This document shows positions 39,186 to 51,118 of a stretch of DNA of 64,000 bases, one piece after another (position 1 is the stretch's first letter; every line of letters begins with the position of its first letter). This DNA comes from Mobula hypostoma. Lineage: Eukaryota. Under the pieces are notes generated by a model. It made no database searches. It saw only the letters and a list, made by a program, of their open reading frames with translations, and was not told the DNA's origin. A program made the translations under genes and the position numbers. The stretch covers positions 28,646,001 through 28,710,000 of the forward strand of contig NC_086118.1 in assembly GCF_963921235.1 (NCBI RefSeq), written 5' to 3'.

Positions 39186-39664
39186 AGGGGAGGAGAAGAT
39201 GGTGGCGCGACGCAGCGCGCACAGCCGCACTGAAATGATATTGTATTTGTTAAATAGGTACCGTGCACAATACTGATTTGATGAAGACAGATGTGAGGAG
39301 CATGGAGCATGGAGGAACATCTGGAGAAACTTCTGAAACGGCTGCTTCTATGTCGTTGTTACTGTGCGATCGAGAATCTCCGGAGGGGAAGGCCCCAAAT
39401 CCTCGGCTTTGCCTATTGCCTGTTGCCAGGGCCGGGGTCGAAGCACTCGGCAGAGATAGTGCTTGGTGCTCGGTGTCGGAGGCTCGAAGTATTTGGATGG
39501 ACTCAAGAGTCAGCTGTGGTCGGGTGCTTCCAGGGTGCTGCATCGGCAAGTTTGCGGTGCTGGAAGCTTATGGCAGGAAGAGAGTTTCTCTTCCTTCTAC
39601 CATCTGCGTGAGATGATTGGACTTTCGAGAGACTTTGAGACTTTATTTTACCGTGCCCATGGTC
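39186..39664 (+). mobile_element. CpG-rich repeat, probably derived from a LINE 5' end, truncated by the adjacent Penelope-like element
   Basis: Abrupt GC/CpG-rich block starting 'ggagaagatggtggcgcgacgcagcgcgc' (YY1-like AAGATGG motif) within AT-rich DNA. Family assignment is from recall only. Confidence 0.45.
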
Positions 39665-39665
39665 A

Positions 39666-40350
39666 GATATACTGTGTCCAGTGCTCCCAATGTGGCCTTC
39701 TATATATTGGCGAGTCCCGATGCAGACTGGGAGACCGCTTTGCTGAACACCTACACTCTGTCTGCCAGAGAAAGCAGGATCTCCCAGTGGCCACACATTT
39801 TAATTCCACATCCCATTCCCATTCTGACATGTCTATCCACGGCCCCCTCTACTTTAAAGATGAAGCCACACTCAGGTTGGAGCTCCAACACCTTATATTC
39901 CGTCTGGGTAGCCTCCAACCTGATGGCATGAACGTTGACTTCTCTAACTTCCGCCTATGCCCCACCTCCCCCTCGTACTCCATCCGTTATTTATTTTTAT
40001 ACACACATTCTTTCTCTTACTCTCCTTTTTCTCCCTCTGTCCCTCTGACAATACCCGTTGCCCATCCTCTGGGTTCCCCCCACCCCCCTTGTCTTTCTCC
40101 CTGGGCCTCCTGTCCCATGATCCTCTCATATCCCTTTTGCCAATCACCTGTCCAGCTCTTGGCTCCATTCCTCCCCCTCCTGTCTTCTCCTATCATTTTG
40201 GATCTCCCCCTCCCCCTCCCACTTTCAAATCTCTTACTAACTCTTCCTTCAGTTCATCCTGATGAAGGGTCTCAGCCTGAAATGTCGACTGTACCTCTAT
40301 CTAGAGATGCCGCCTGGCCTGGTGCGTTCACCAGCAACTTTGATGTGTGT
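39666..40350 (+). mobile_element. Penelope-like retroelement 3' part: GIY-YIG endonuclease domain, pyrimidine tract and pLTR with decayed hammerhead
   Basis: IYCVQCSQCGLLYIGESRCRLGDRFAEHL...VATHF...LIFRLGSLQPDGMN (39667-39954) is a GIY-YIG domain with the CxxC/H pattern of PLEs. CTGATGA-AGGGTCTCAGCCT-GAAATGTC-GACT at 40259-40290. Confidence 0.9.
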
Positions 40351-43300
40351 TACCCTCATAACATTGTCTTTTTTACATGCCTCTTCTATTTCCCATTGTT
40401 ATTTGTATCCTACATCATGGCTATTGTCTGGAAGCCTGTAAAAAAAACTCTCATCGGGCTCTTTGTGTCAAAAGTTATGGGGAGAAGGGTGAAGAATGGG
40501 GTTGAGACAGATAATAAATCAACTATGATGGAATGACAGAATAGACTCGATGGACTGAATGGCCTCATTCAGTTACTTTATCTTAGGGTCTATTCTACAC
40601 AATAATGATTCATTCCTTTCTTTACAAAGTTACCCCACCTCCTTTCCCCTTTTGCCTCTTCTTATGGAACCTCAAATAACTTGGAATATTTATGTCTCTA
40701 ACCTAGTCATCTAATAGCCATATTTCTATTAGATTATACTCTCATGTTACTTTTTGTACCGTCACCAGCTCATCTACTTTGTTACATGCAATCAGATAAA
40801 GAGCAGTAAGCTTTGATTTATTGTAGTTTGTATTTTCTTTGGGTTCTGTTGGGCACCTTTTTTACATTTTCTGTTCTTTCATGTGATGCTTTGATTTTCA
40901 TTTTCTCCCTCACTATGTTATTGCAGTATTCCCTTGTTCCTTTCTGATTTATTAAATCTCATCACTCAAAGGTGTGAAAAGTCACATAAAAATCAACCAC
41001 TTCGGTTTCAGCATGGCATTCCTTACTGCACGTTCATACAGCTGTTAGCATTTAACCTCACTAATGAGATTTTTTACAATCTGGTGTTAAAGGGATACAG
41101 CACAAAGCAAACAATATTACAGGGGGATATCATTGCTGAATGATAGGAAGTGGGTGGGAGATCTTTCTCAGGGAATGTGGGGAACTGGACAGGGTGGTGA
41201 AGAGCAGTGCGTAACTAGAGAAAGATTTCTTGACATGTGCCAAGAAACCCAGAAGTATGCTCGAAATTGCTCTGCTCTGGGTTAAACAAATTTTCAAAAA
41301 TGCAATATCAATATTCTTTTCTTTGTAATTGTAAGTTCTTTAATGGGAATTGGTAACAATCATTAGCATTGAAAAATAGATCAGCAGCCACATTCATAAG
41401 GTCTAGTAATATCTGCACAGGCCTTCGCTGAGCTAAGAATGCTTGACTTATATAAAGCCCTACATGCAAATGAGCTCCCATAATATTATTAGATTCAAAA
41501 GCATGTACATACATTTGTTCATTCAAACAAGGCTCCTTCCTTTCTCCAATTTTGGCAATTTTTCCTTCTTAACAATCTTTTGTGAGCTCGATGCTATTTA
41601 TTACAATACTGTGGTGGTATAGCTTTTGTGTATTTTCCAATTTATGGACAAAATCGACTCATGGATGTCTGTAAAAATGGAATCCATTCATTACCAGAGA
41701 CAGCCTATAATTCTGATATTGCCTGCTTTGTAGTACTTGTAGCAGAAAGATTTTTGAGAAGTATGATAAAGTGCCATCTGGATCTTTTCATGAAAACATG
41801 TTCTTTCAGCTTGCTTCCTAAACTCTTCAATTTCTCTACAGTACCTGATGACAATTGATCACATTTCACCTTTATTGACAGCCATTATACCGGGTTTGTG
41901 CCTTCTCAAGAAACCTTAATCTGTATGTTGACAAATTAACTCTTCATTGGTATTAAATGTACACTCCTCAGAGCTTTGCAATAATTTAAATGGGGAAATG
42001 TGGAATTGTTATGGTGATCAGATGTAACGATTAATAGAGATTTTTTGTTCAATTGCAGTTCCTCTTGCTACATTTGAGAGTAGGGAGGCAAAAATTTTGA
42101 TTTACCCATGCTATTCTAAACCGAGATAGTTCTTGGTGACTGGTTTAAAGTGAGAACCAAGAACTGAGAACTATGATACCAAATACAAAATTGTAGTTTT
42201 TTTTTCAGAAAAATATGATCAAATTCCTTTTGAACTGTTTCTTTGTGATAAATGTTAATACAAAAATTGTCTGCAAACAAATGCAACAAAAAATAGTTAA
42301 TTTATCAGTATATTTGTGGCATTAAATTAGCTGAATGGTATGAGTATTTTGTATATCTCCTGTGTGGCTTTACCAGCAGTAGTTATTCAAAATACATTTT
42401 TAAAACCATACATGCTTCACAGTGAATCAAACATAAAGTTAAAATCCTAAGAGTATTTTGCCCTGAAGCTGGAACCTGCTTTAAATATTCTGATTAACAT
42501 TGTATTGCTATCAAGGGACTTGGATTGAGAAATACAGTAAACTGGGGCAAAGTGCTGGTGAATAATGCAGTTAAGAATTAGTTTGAGGCAAAAGACCTTG
42601 CCGCAAGCTATAGATGTTTCCCTAGTGCTTTAGTTAAACAGAAAGCCCTGTATCTCTTAAGGGAAGCATTTTCCTTTCCCGTTTTATTTGAGAGAACAAT
42701 TACGATGAATAAAAACAGAAGTGTAGAACTGACCAGTCTTAGAATTCATTACATACTGAAAGTCAAATTATATAATCTCTTGACATATTACTATTCACCT
42801 TGGTTTAAGCTGATCTCTCCTTTTGTTTATTTTTGGATATATTATAATCATTGAAAGTGCTGTTCCATGACTGAAAGAACATTTTAAATTCAGAAGGGCT
42901 ATCAAAGGAAACATTAAACATATATGAAGCTACTATAATAATTATAAACTCAGGGCTTATTAACCTTTTTATTTTGCAACTATTTTAATTGCAATACTTT
43001 ATATTCATATCGGCAAAGCTTAAATGCCCAATAAATTGAAACTGTAAGTCGAGATGTTTCCAGCTTCCTAAGTATACGGACATCATGGATGTTACATGAT
43101 CATGGCTGTGTAAATTTTCATTTGAGTACCTGTATGTGTGCATATGCACGCAAAGTGAGATGGTGATCTGGTTAAATCTGATGAGGACAAAGGTTTTTTT
43201 TGGGCACTATTGATTTTCACCAGTTAGGGAATGATCTTTCCTTCGTCCTTTGTCTGTACGAAGCCCTCAAGATGGCCAAAGTGGGGTCTTGAAATAGATT

Positions 43301-43724
43301 ATTGGCTTAACCCACCTGCAGTTCCAAGTTACCACATTGTCAAGAGTTCATGGGTATAACAGGAAAGGCCAGTTTGAGGACTGCTAAGACTCTGCTCGGC
43401 AACAAAATGACAATTGGTGCTCATTAAAGAAGCACCTACTTCAAGTGGCTACTACTTCAATTCTCAGTCTTCAGGCAGAAATTATTGCTGAATGTGTGCT
43501 GAACCACTGCACCTTATTCAGATCTCCCAGAGAACAGGATATACTTTTCCGTGGGGATCTTGAGAAGGTTTATTGAATCTAGAATGGATCCTAACAGAAC
43601 AAGCTGAGGTTCAATTGCCATCTCTTTCCCATAAGCAAGAAAATTATGCTCTCTCATGTGCCTGTATAATCCTCTTTTGAAGAAAAAATGATTAATTCTA
43701 TGATTCTATGATTAATCAGCTCAG

Positions 43725-44660
43725 AGGCACTGAATTCCAGGTCCAAATAAACTACCATTTCTTCACACTTACATCTTTTGCCCCAAGTTTTAAATCTGTG
43801 ATCCCATGAACTACAATAGAGAAGGCCACGCTCTTGTTTACCATATATACTGGCCTAAATACTCGTACCAAATCTCCACTCGACCTTCTTTCTTCCAGGA
43901 AAGCAGCCTTAAGTTCTCCAGTTTAACTCACAGTTGGTATTAGTCATCTCTTGAAAAATTGTCATGCAGCTTTTCGGAACCTCTTCCAGACCTTCACACC
44001 TTCTAAAAAGTGTGCTGATCAGAATAGTGTGCCACATGCCAGCCAAGACCTAATCAGTTCTTGACACGGGCTCAACATAAATTCCCTGCTTTTGTACTCT
44101 ATGTCTTGTTTGCATTTCTCAGGATCCCATGAGTCTTATTATCTAGTTTCTCAACATTCCCTGGCAAATCTGAGGATTTATACACTTGTACTGTTATTCG
44201 CCCCATTGACCTTCTATTCCTATCCACCATTTGGATCTGTGCCATTTGGTCTGTGTTACATCTGCTTTTTCTTTCTGAAAATGAATATTAAATTCTCCCT
44301 ATTAAATTTCATCTGCCACATATCTGCTTATTCTGCCGACCTGTTTCTGTTTTGCAGCATTATAATGCCTCCTCCTAATTGTTTACTATATTTCCCAGGT
44401 TTTTTGACATCTACAGATTTAGACAGTTTACCCTGAACACCATCAGAAAAAGCTGTGAACCCAACACAGATCCTTGGGGGACTGCACTGTCTACCGTCGT
44501 CCATTCTGAATAACAACCAGTTAATGCTACTCCCTGCTTCAGTCTTGAAGCTAATTTTCTATCTCATGTGGATCCACTAATTATATGGGCCTCATTTGCT
44601 TTCTAGTCTTTTTGCTGGACTTCATCAAATGCCTTATAAAAATACACGTAAACAAGATCT
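43725..44660 (-). mobile_element. Ancient CR1 LINE remnant
   Basis: 'attaaatttcatctgccac' (reverse complement of WQMKFN), 'gatccttggggaactgcact'-like segment (SAVPQG) and 'aagtgtgctgatcagaatagtgtg'. Confidence 0.6.
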
Positions 44661-47315
44661 ACTCCAAGCCCTTCATCATGACCCTGTACATCGAATCTTT
44701 TTTTTAAAATCCCTTACTGGTTCCACCCTCTTTCACTGTATGCCTGAAGAAAATAGTTTGATTCCATTTTGTGCTAACTGTTAATCGCCCCTTTGACCAT
44801 CTTCTTACTCCCCTTTCCACTTTTATTCTCAGTTTACAAAGGAGCTGAAATACATTATATATCCTCCTTTTTAGTGTTATCAATTTTTCTATGCCCTTTA
44901 GCATCCAAGGAGCTCCAACTAGCCAACTTAGCCAAGTTCACTCTCAGCCCATTGAAGTTAACTCATTCTCTAATTAGCAATTCCATTTTGGATTTCACCT
45001 TGTCTCTATCCATTATTAAAGTGAACTGAGTAATCAATGATCGCTGCACTCTGAGTATTCTTCCACATACACATGGTCTACTTCACCCATTTTCATTTCC
45101 TAGAACCAAACAATAGTCTCTCCTCATTCTTTGTTTGCTGAGTAATTTTCACCAGACAGGTCTACCATTCACTATAGACTGATATCATCCTGGCTTCCAA
45201 ACGCTTCACTGATAGATCTTCTTTTGTTTAGTAAAAAGCTTTATTTAGAAACAGCTACCAACGTTTACCAATTCATAAACATCTATCTATGAAAAGAGAT
45301 TGAAAGTATTCGATTCTCCTATTTGGCCCACACAACCTCTCCTTTTATCTTTTAAGTAGAATACTTACCCATATACATATTTTTGAAAGAAACAAGATGG
45401 TTGACCTTCTCATTATTAATGAATATAAATGGTGGATTTCAGATAGCTTCTGCTAGAGAAGTAGTTTAGCCTGAGTGGTGGCTTTATGCATGAGAAGGAG
45501 GATTGTTAGGTCCAGCTTGGTCAGGTGTTGCATCTGCCACAGCGCCACCTCTATGGATCAACTCCCTCCCTTCTTTGTTGTTTTAGCCTAACAATGCTGT
45601 AATGTTATCTGGAGCCTTGATTTCTTTGACTTGTTGGGTGAAGGCTTAAACATCTGTGAGGGTTTGATATAGGAGATGTTTTGGTACCTTCCGATTGTGG
45701 ATGGAGTAATATTTTGTATATGTGCGTAGTGCACATGTGTGTGTGTTTGTGTTTGTGTGTATGCGCATTAGTGTTTGAGACTTGGCAAAGTGTTGTAAAG
45801 CACTACTTTAGTGGTCTATGGCTCACTTTCGGAAGAAATGAAATTTCTTGCAAAATACTTCAACTCTGCAGTCAGTCTCAACCCTGGAAGGAATAACTCA
45901 ACCTACCTTTAATCAATCTTCTCTTAGGTGGCTGTAGTGTGTCTCATAGCATCAGCTCCACTGAGAGAGGTGAACATCATGGGAGAGCAAGTGAAATCAG
46001 CCCGACTCTTGTCTCTGATCCTGACACCCTGCCTTTCCAGTATATCTGAGCCAGTGTTTAAATTGCCCAACCAGTGGATCGTACCTTGCGTTAGGACCCA
46101 GGCCCTGGTGCAGGAAAATACACCGGGCCTAGACCACATTGCTCAATGATTCACGCTGGGTTTAGATTTCGCCGCCCACGCCAAAACTGTTCTTGACCTC
46201 TCTAAACCAGCTCAGCGTGTAGAGCAATCCAACCTCGCACCCGGGTTAGTTGGACGGGCATCGAAACTTCTCTTCCCTGAATAGCTCACTCCATCTGCGT
46301 TGATTTTGCAATGCATCAGCGCGACTCATCTCATGAATTTGCTTTGCCTTTGCTCATCACTTCATTGTTTGTGGTGGTAGTTTGCCACAATTTACTTCAG
46401 GAAAGGAGTTATTAGTAATGTTTTTAGTCAAATTACTTGCCTATCAAACCGCCAGTAAGCTGTCGCCTTCACTAGCCCAGCTTAAACCAGAAGATGGCTG
46501 CCAACATTGTCTCAAACCAATATAACCCCATTGCTCCCAATGTTTCTGTGTACCAAAAAAAAATAGAATCAATTCCTCGGCATCATTTGTTAGTCCTGTT
46601 GAAATCTATGTGATCGCTTGTTTAAATTTATTAATAACATTTTCATACATATTGAAGGTCTTTTTAATTGTTCCAGTTCTGTTGTTACAATAGGCAATAT
46701 CATAGAAGTATCTAGCCATTGTGTACCTAAGCTTTTTCTTCCCTGTCCGAAGTGCATTAACTTTCACAAATCTAGCCTGAAATCCACTGGCCACCCTTCA
46801 GTCTATTCAGTTAATCACTCTAAAGTATTTTTGTACACTATTAGTTTCCCTTGCAATAATTATCTCCCTGTGCAGTTTGGTTAAGAGAGAAGCCAGATAA
46901 GGAACTTTAATAGGTGTAAATCATTTAGGTACCTGAGAGAAAACAATAGTTTAATGCCAACAGTGCTGCAAGAAATGTTTAGATCAGAGCATATTTATTA
47001 AGTTGTATGTACTTAACACAAAAATATGATGGTGTCAGCATTTAGGCAAAGCAGAGAGCAAACAGATCTATCAAACTGTTTCCTGGACACACTTATACAA
47101 TATATTCTACCTCATTAGTTTGCATAATTAACTGAATTGCAAACATAAAATATATGAAATTTACCTAATCTATCTAATTAAAATGTCTTGATCAGATGGT
47201 TAATATTATAATCCAGAATTCTCCATCATTATTGATGATAATTGATTCTTTGGTCTGTTTCACTCTCTGACCTTCCATTGGAAGATTTACACTCTGGTAT
47301 TACATGATCCAGTTG

Positions 47316-48758
47316 TGTGATGGTATCAGGATTGCTGGTTTAAAAGTTCTAAACTCAATAAAAGCCCTATTAGATGTAAATAGTAGGCAGCCGTTGATCC
47401 CAGGAGATCATGAGTTTGTGCGCCTGGTGGACTGTGCCCTCTCCAGGGCTCAAGCCTGGACAGGAAGATTTGAAGAACCGGCTGTTGTCTATGCAGAGGG
47501 CTCCCCCTCTCCTCGTCACTGATGTAGTCCAAGGGAAGGGCAAGCGCCAATAAGTTTGGCACAAGTGTCATCGCAGAAGTTGCCAGAGTGAAGCTGTAAA
47601 CGACATCAAACTACCTTAGGGACCCCAGCTCTGGATTTCCTTCTTGGAGTTTAATCCCGAGGTTTAAAATCAGTTTTTCTTATAGCTGGACTGCCTTCCA
47701 AGGCTGATGAGCCCCACCTACTTGAACAGATATAAATAACCATGAGTAATCTCACTAAAGGGAGATTATACTGTAACTACCCAAACTTTAAAGACTAGTT
47801 TACTTCTCTATTTATTCTCCATGGTGAGTTTAGCTGTCAATAACCACTATTCGAGCAGTGGGTCCCCTCTCTCTACCAAAGAAAAAATACTTCCAGCTAA
47901 CAAAGTAATTTAAAACACAGTTATTTTATTTTCAGTGATATGCATTTAAATCCAAACAACACTTTTAACACGCATTTAAAATTCACAGAGTATTACTATC
48001 TTAAATATTTCTAAACTACAAACCATTTCTAAAACACAAACCATTTCCTAAACATAAAGCATTTCTTAAATATAAAGCACAAAGGATTTCCTAAACACAG
48101 GTACAATTCCTATAAACTAAAAGGACATACCAAAGAAGTAGACAATTAATCGTCCATCGCAGAAACTGAAGCAAAGGAATGGATTTGAGTTCAGTCTGTG
48201 TTTCTTTGTGACTTTCTTTACCCCATTCCTAATAAGCTTGACTGCACTCTCCATTTATACCCATTTTCTCCCACTTGGGTGACTTCACACGCATATGATG
48301 TTTCCTCAGATATCCCTTTAACCCAACCTTCTAAAAGTGTTTTTTGGGAGACATAGATCCCAGCACCCACAATCAATGCTATGAAGCTAATTTCCTTGAG
48401 TACATCAAATTCCCAACTATAAGCACATCAGTTATTGATATGTTAATTGACATGATCCATCTGGTCAGCATGCTTCCTTGAACTAAGCAACTAAGTTTGT
48501 CTGTTTTGAAACAAGCCGAATTAAAGAACCCATTGTCCTATGCTGACCTCTCAGCAGCAATAAAGCAGGTGTAGTTAATTACTACAGTCAGAGCCTTTGT
48601 AAAATTCAGAGCTGCTTTGCAAAGCTGTGCTTTTAACTTCAAACTGATTACTGCTTTCCACTTACGTTTTAAGAGCTGAAAACTGACTTCCTTTTACGAC
48701 CAGAAACTAAATAAACCTGTTAGTTGGAAGTTTACTTACATCTGTTTTTGATCCTACA
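47316..48758. mobile_element. LTR-like element, copy 2 (probable solo LTR, about 1.1 kb without its insert)
   Basis: TG...CA termini (TGTGATGG...GATCCTACA) flanked by AGTTG/AGTAG (5-bp TSD with one mismatch). Homologous to 27368-29217; no ORF. Confidence 0.65.
47381..47726 (-). mobile_element. Second copy of the RTE-head short retroposon, nested in the LTR-like element
   Basis: Reverse complement of 12114-12514 with an internal deletion of about 50 bp. Confidence 0.7.
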
Positions 48759-48919
48759 AGTAGCATATATTGTGCTTAGAAAGCCGACATTAGCAAACAA
48801 CCATGGAGTGAATATTCATCACAGTGGTACAGTTGATGGATCATGTAGCACCCCAGTGGGTTGTATTGTCATATTGCACAGGAGTAATAAGTGAAAACGA
48901 CCAGGCTTTGCAACCACTA

Positions 48920-50125
48920 CAGGTTGATCACCCTTTATGCAAAATGCTTGGGGCCAGCAGTGTTTCGGGTTTAAGATTTTTCCATATTTTGGAATATGCA
49001 TATAAATGATGAGCCTGGGGATGGAACCCAAATGTAAGCATTAAATTTATTTACATTACATATACAGTTTATACTGTACAAATATCCTGAAGGTCATTTT
49101 AAATAATATTTTTTATAATTTTATCCATGAAACAATAATAAGTAAATTGAACCATCAGAAATGTAAGCTATCAATACCTTGGCTGCCCAGGTGCACAGAC
49201 AGTGGCTGTTTGGCGTCACCATCATTCCCAACTCTGAATCTATGTGTTACTGGTACACACATATGTACTGACCAGCTGTTCAGTGTGTTAGATTGTCATC
49301 AGCGATGATCTTGGCAAATCATCAATGAATTTCTCTGCTGCTTTGTGATCATGGACACTTCATCATCATAAGTCTTTAAATAATTCATTCCATGCTTTTT
49401 CTTAAACTTCTGCAACCAGCCTGCTGAATATTCACAATTACCGTCAATTTACAGTTTGTTGTGAAAGATCTTTGCTTGTTTCAAGATCAGCATTCTATTA
49501 AGTGGTATATGACACTGATGAATCATAGTGTATTCTTTCAATACACGTTGAGATCTTCAGTTTTCAGTTTATGCAGTGTTTTTCTATTTTTCATTAATTG
49601 CTGTTCATTACTTTCAGCATAGAATAATTTGCCCTTCTTCTTTCCTCAGGTTTTGGTTGGTGGTCATTCCAACACCGTACTCTTCTGTCAGATGCTTCAC
49701 ACTTACACCACTGTAAAGATTTTCCAACATCTGAACTTTCTATGTTTTATATAAACATATATACTTCCTCTTCTTCTCTTCACTATCACCCATAGTAGTA
49801 ACTGCAGGCTTTTCTGACATTTTCAACAATATCTTCACAGCTTACTGCAGAGAATAAACTCAAAACACATGGTAAAAACTCTAAATAATACAGGAAGGCT
49901 TGGCTCTGATGACTTCTGAAAACAGACTGGTGCCAACAGGGCCCCACTCTCAGCATGTGATGTTACTTTGCAGTATTGTCTGCGGTGCACAGTGACCTGT
50001 GCATTACCTGGGAACCTTCCCGGTCTCTTGTGGAATCTTCCATCTGTGGTATCATATCAATGCTCAAAAGGTTGGGTTTTGGTGGTTTTCAGATTTTGGA
50101 TTTTCATTAAGGGGAGCTCAACCTG
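48920..50125 (-). mobile_element. Tigger/pogo-family DNA transposon, internally deleted
   Basis: TA-CAGGTTGATCACCCTT...AAGGGGAGCTCAACCTG-TA (TIRs with TA TSD). The minus-strand remnant from ATG 49820 encodes psq/CENP-B-HTH-like pieces (GVSVKHLTEEYGVGMTT, KQAKIFH, CEYSAGWLQKFKKKHG). No DDE domain seen. Confidence 0.85.
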
Positions 50126-50848
50126 TACTATGAAACTGACTGCAAGTTTGCAATTTTTCACATGCCTTGTTTAATGCAAAAGTCCCAAAGTTGTTACTAA
50201 TGAATCTACATTTCCTCAAAGGCCCAGCTATTGCAGCCTTCTCCAATACAATCAAAGAAAATCACAGAGTTGATGAGTGTGAACTATGAACTAATCCTGC
50301 TGTTAAATTCCACAGACAATCCTTATGCTGAGCTACAGATGCACGTGAGGCTTTAATATTGTATTGTGCCATAATTACTGTTTAGCAAAGTATCTGGCAT
50401 CTAAGAAAACTAATTTTATCTATGCATATTGTAATTTCTCCATGTGCTTCTTAAACAAAAGTTATTTTCAATCTGAAATTAAATGGTTCTTCGTGTTATT
50501 TTAGCAAATATTTTGATGTTTACTTAATACACTTAAAATGTGCATTTTGGTTCTATGTTTTTAAAATTGTCAAATTCATTTAATGTAATCAGCTATGCGG
50601 TCAGCTTGAGGACATTGTTATTTAAGGCTACTAGGGATCCTTTAATCTAGCACCTGAAAGAAGTGGGTTTGAAAAGGGGAAGATCTTATCGGGGAAGATC
50701 TTTTCAGAAAGATCACTAGCTCAAGAGTGGGGTCTTTCCTGTTGGGTGTACACAAAGGCACAAGTAATTTGTTTCATGCCTGCTAATATGTAACTGGAGG
50801 AGAATCCAGCTCAAAAGTATTTGGAGAAGATTTTGAATGATGAACTTA

Positions 50849-51118
50849 ATATTTATTTATTTATAGATACAGTGTAGTACAGGCCCTTCTGGCCCAACGA
50901 GCCACACCACCCAGCAACCCATCTATTTAAACCTAGCCTAATCGCAGGACAATTTACAATGACCTACTAACCTACTAACCGATACGTCTTTGGAATGTGG
51001 GAGGAAACCAGAGCACCCAGAGGATACAAAAACTCCTTTTAAATGACATTGGATTTGAACTCCGAACTCTGACAACCCAAACTGTAATAGCGTGGCACTA
51101 ACCACTACACCCTTGTGC
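50849..51118 (-). mobile_element. V-SINE-like SINE
   Basis: (ATTT)n tail, 'caggcccttctggccc' and 'gtgggaggaaaccagagcaccc'. Confidence 0.8.

Noticed and set aside
45540..45556. CTCF-like site (minus strand CCATAGAGGTGGCGCTG)
   Set aside because: The 3' half fits the consensus but the 5' half does not; cannot be supported without ChIP or conservation data.
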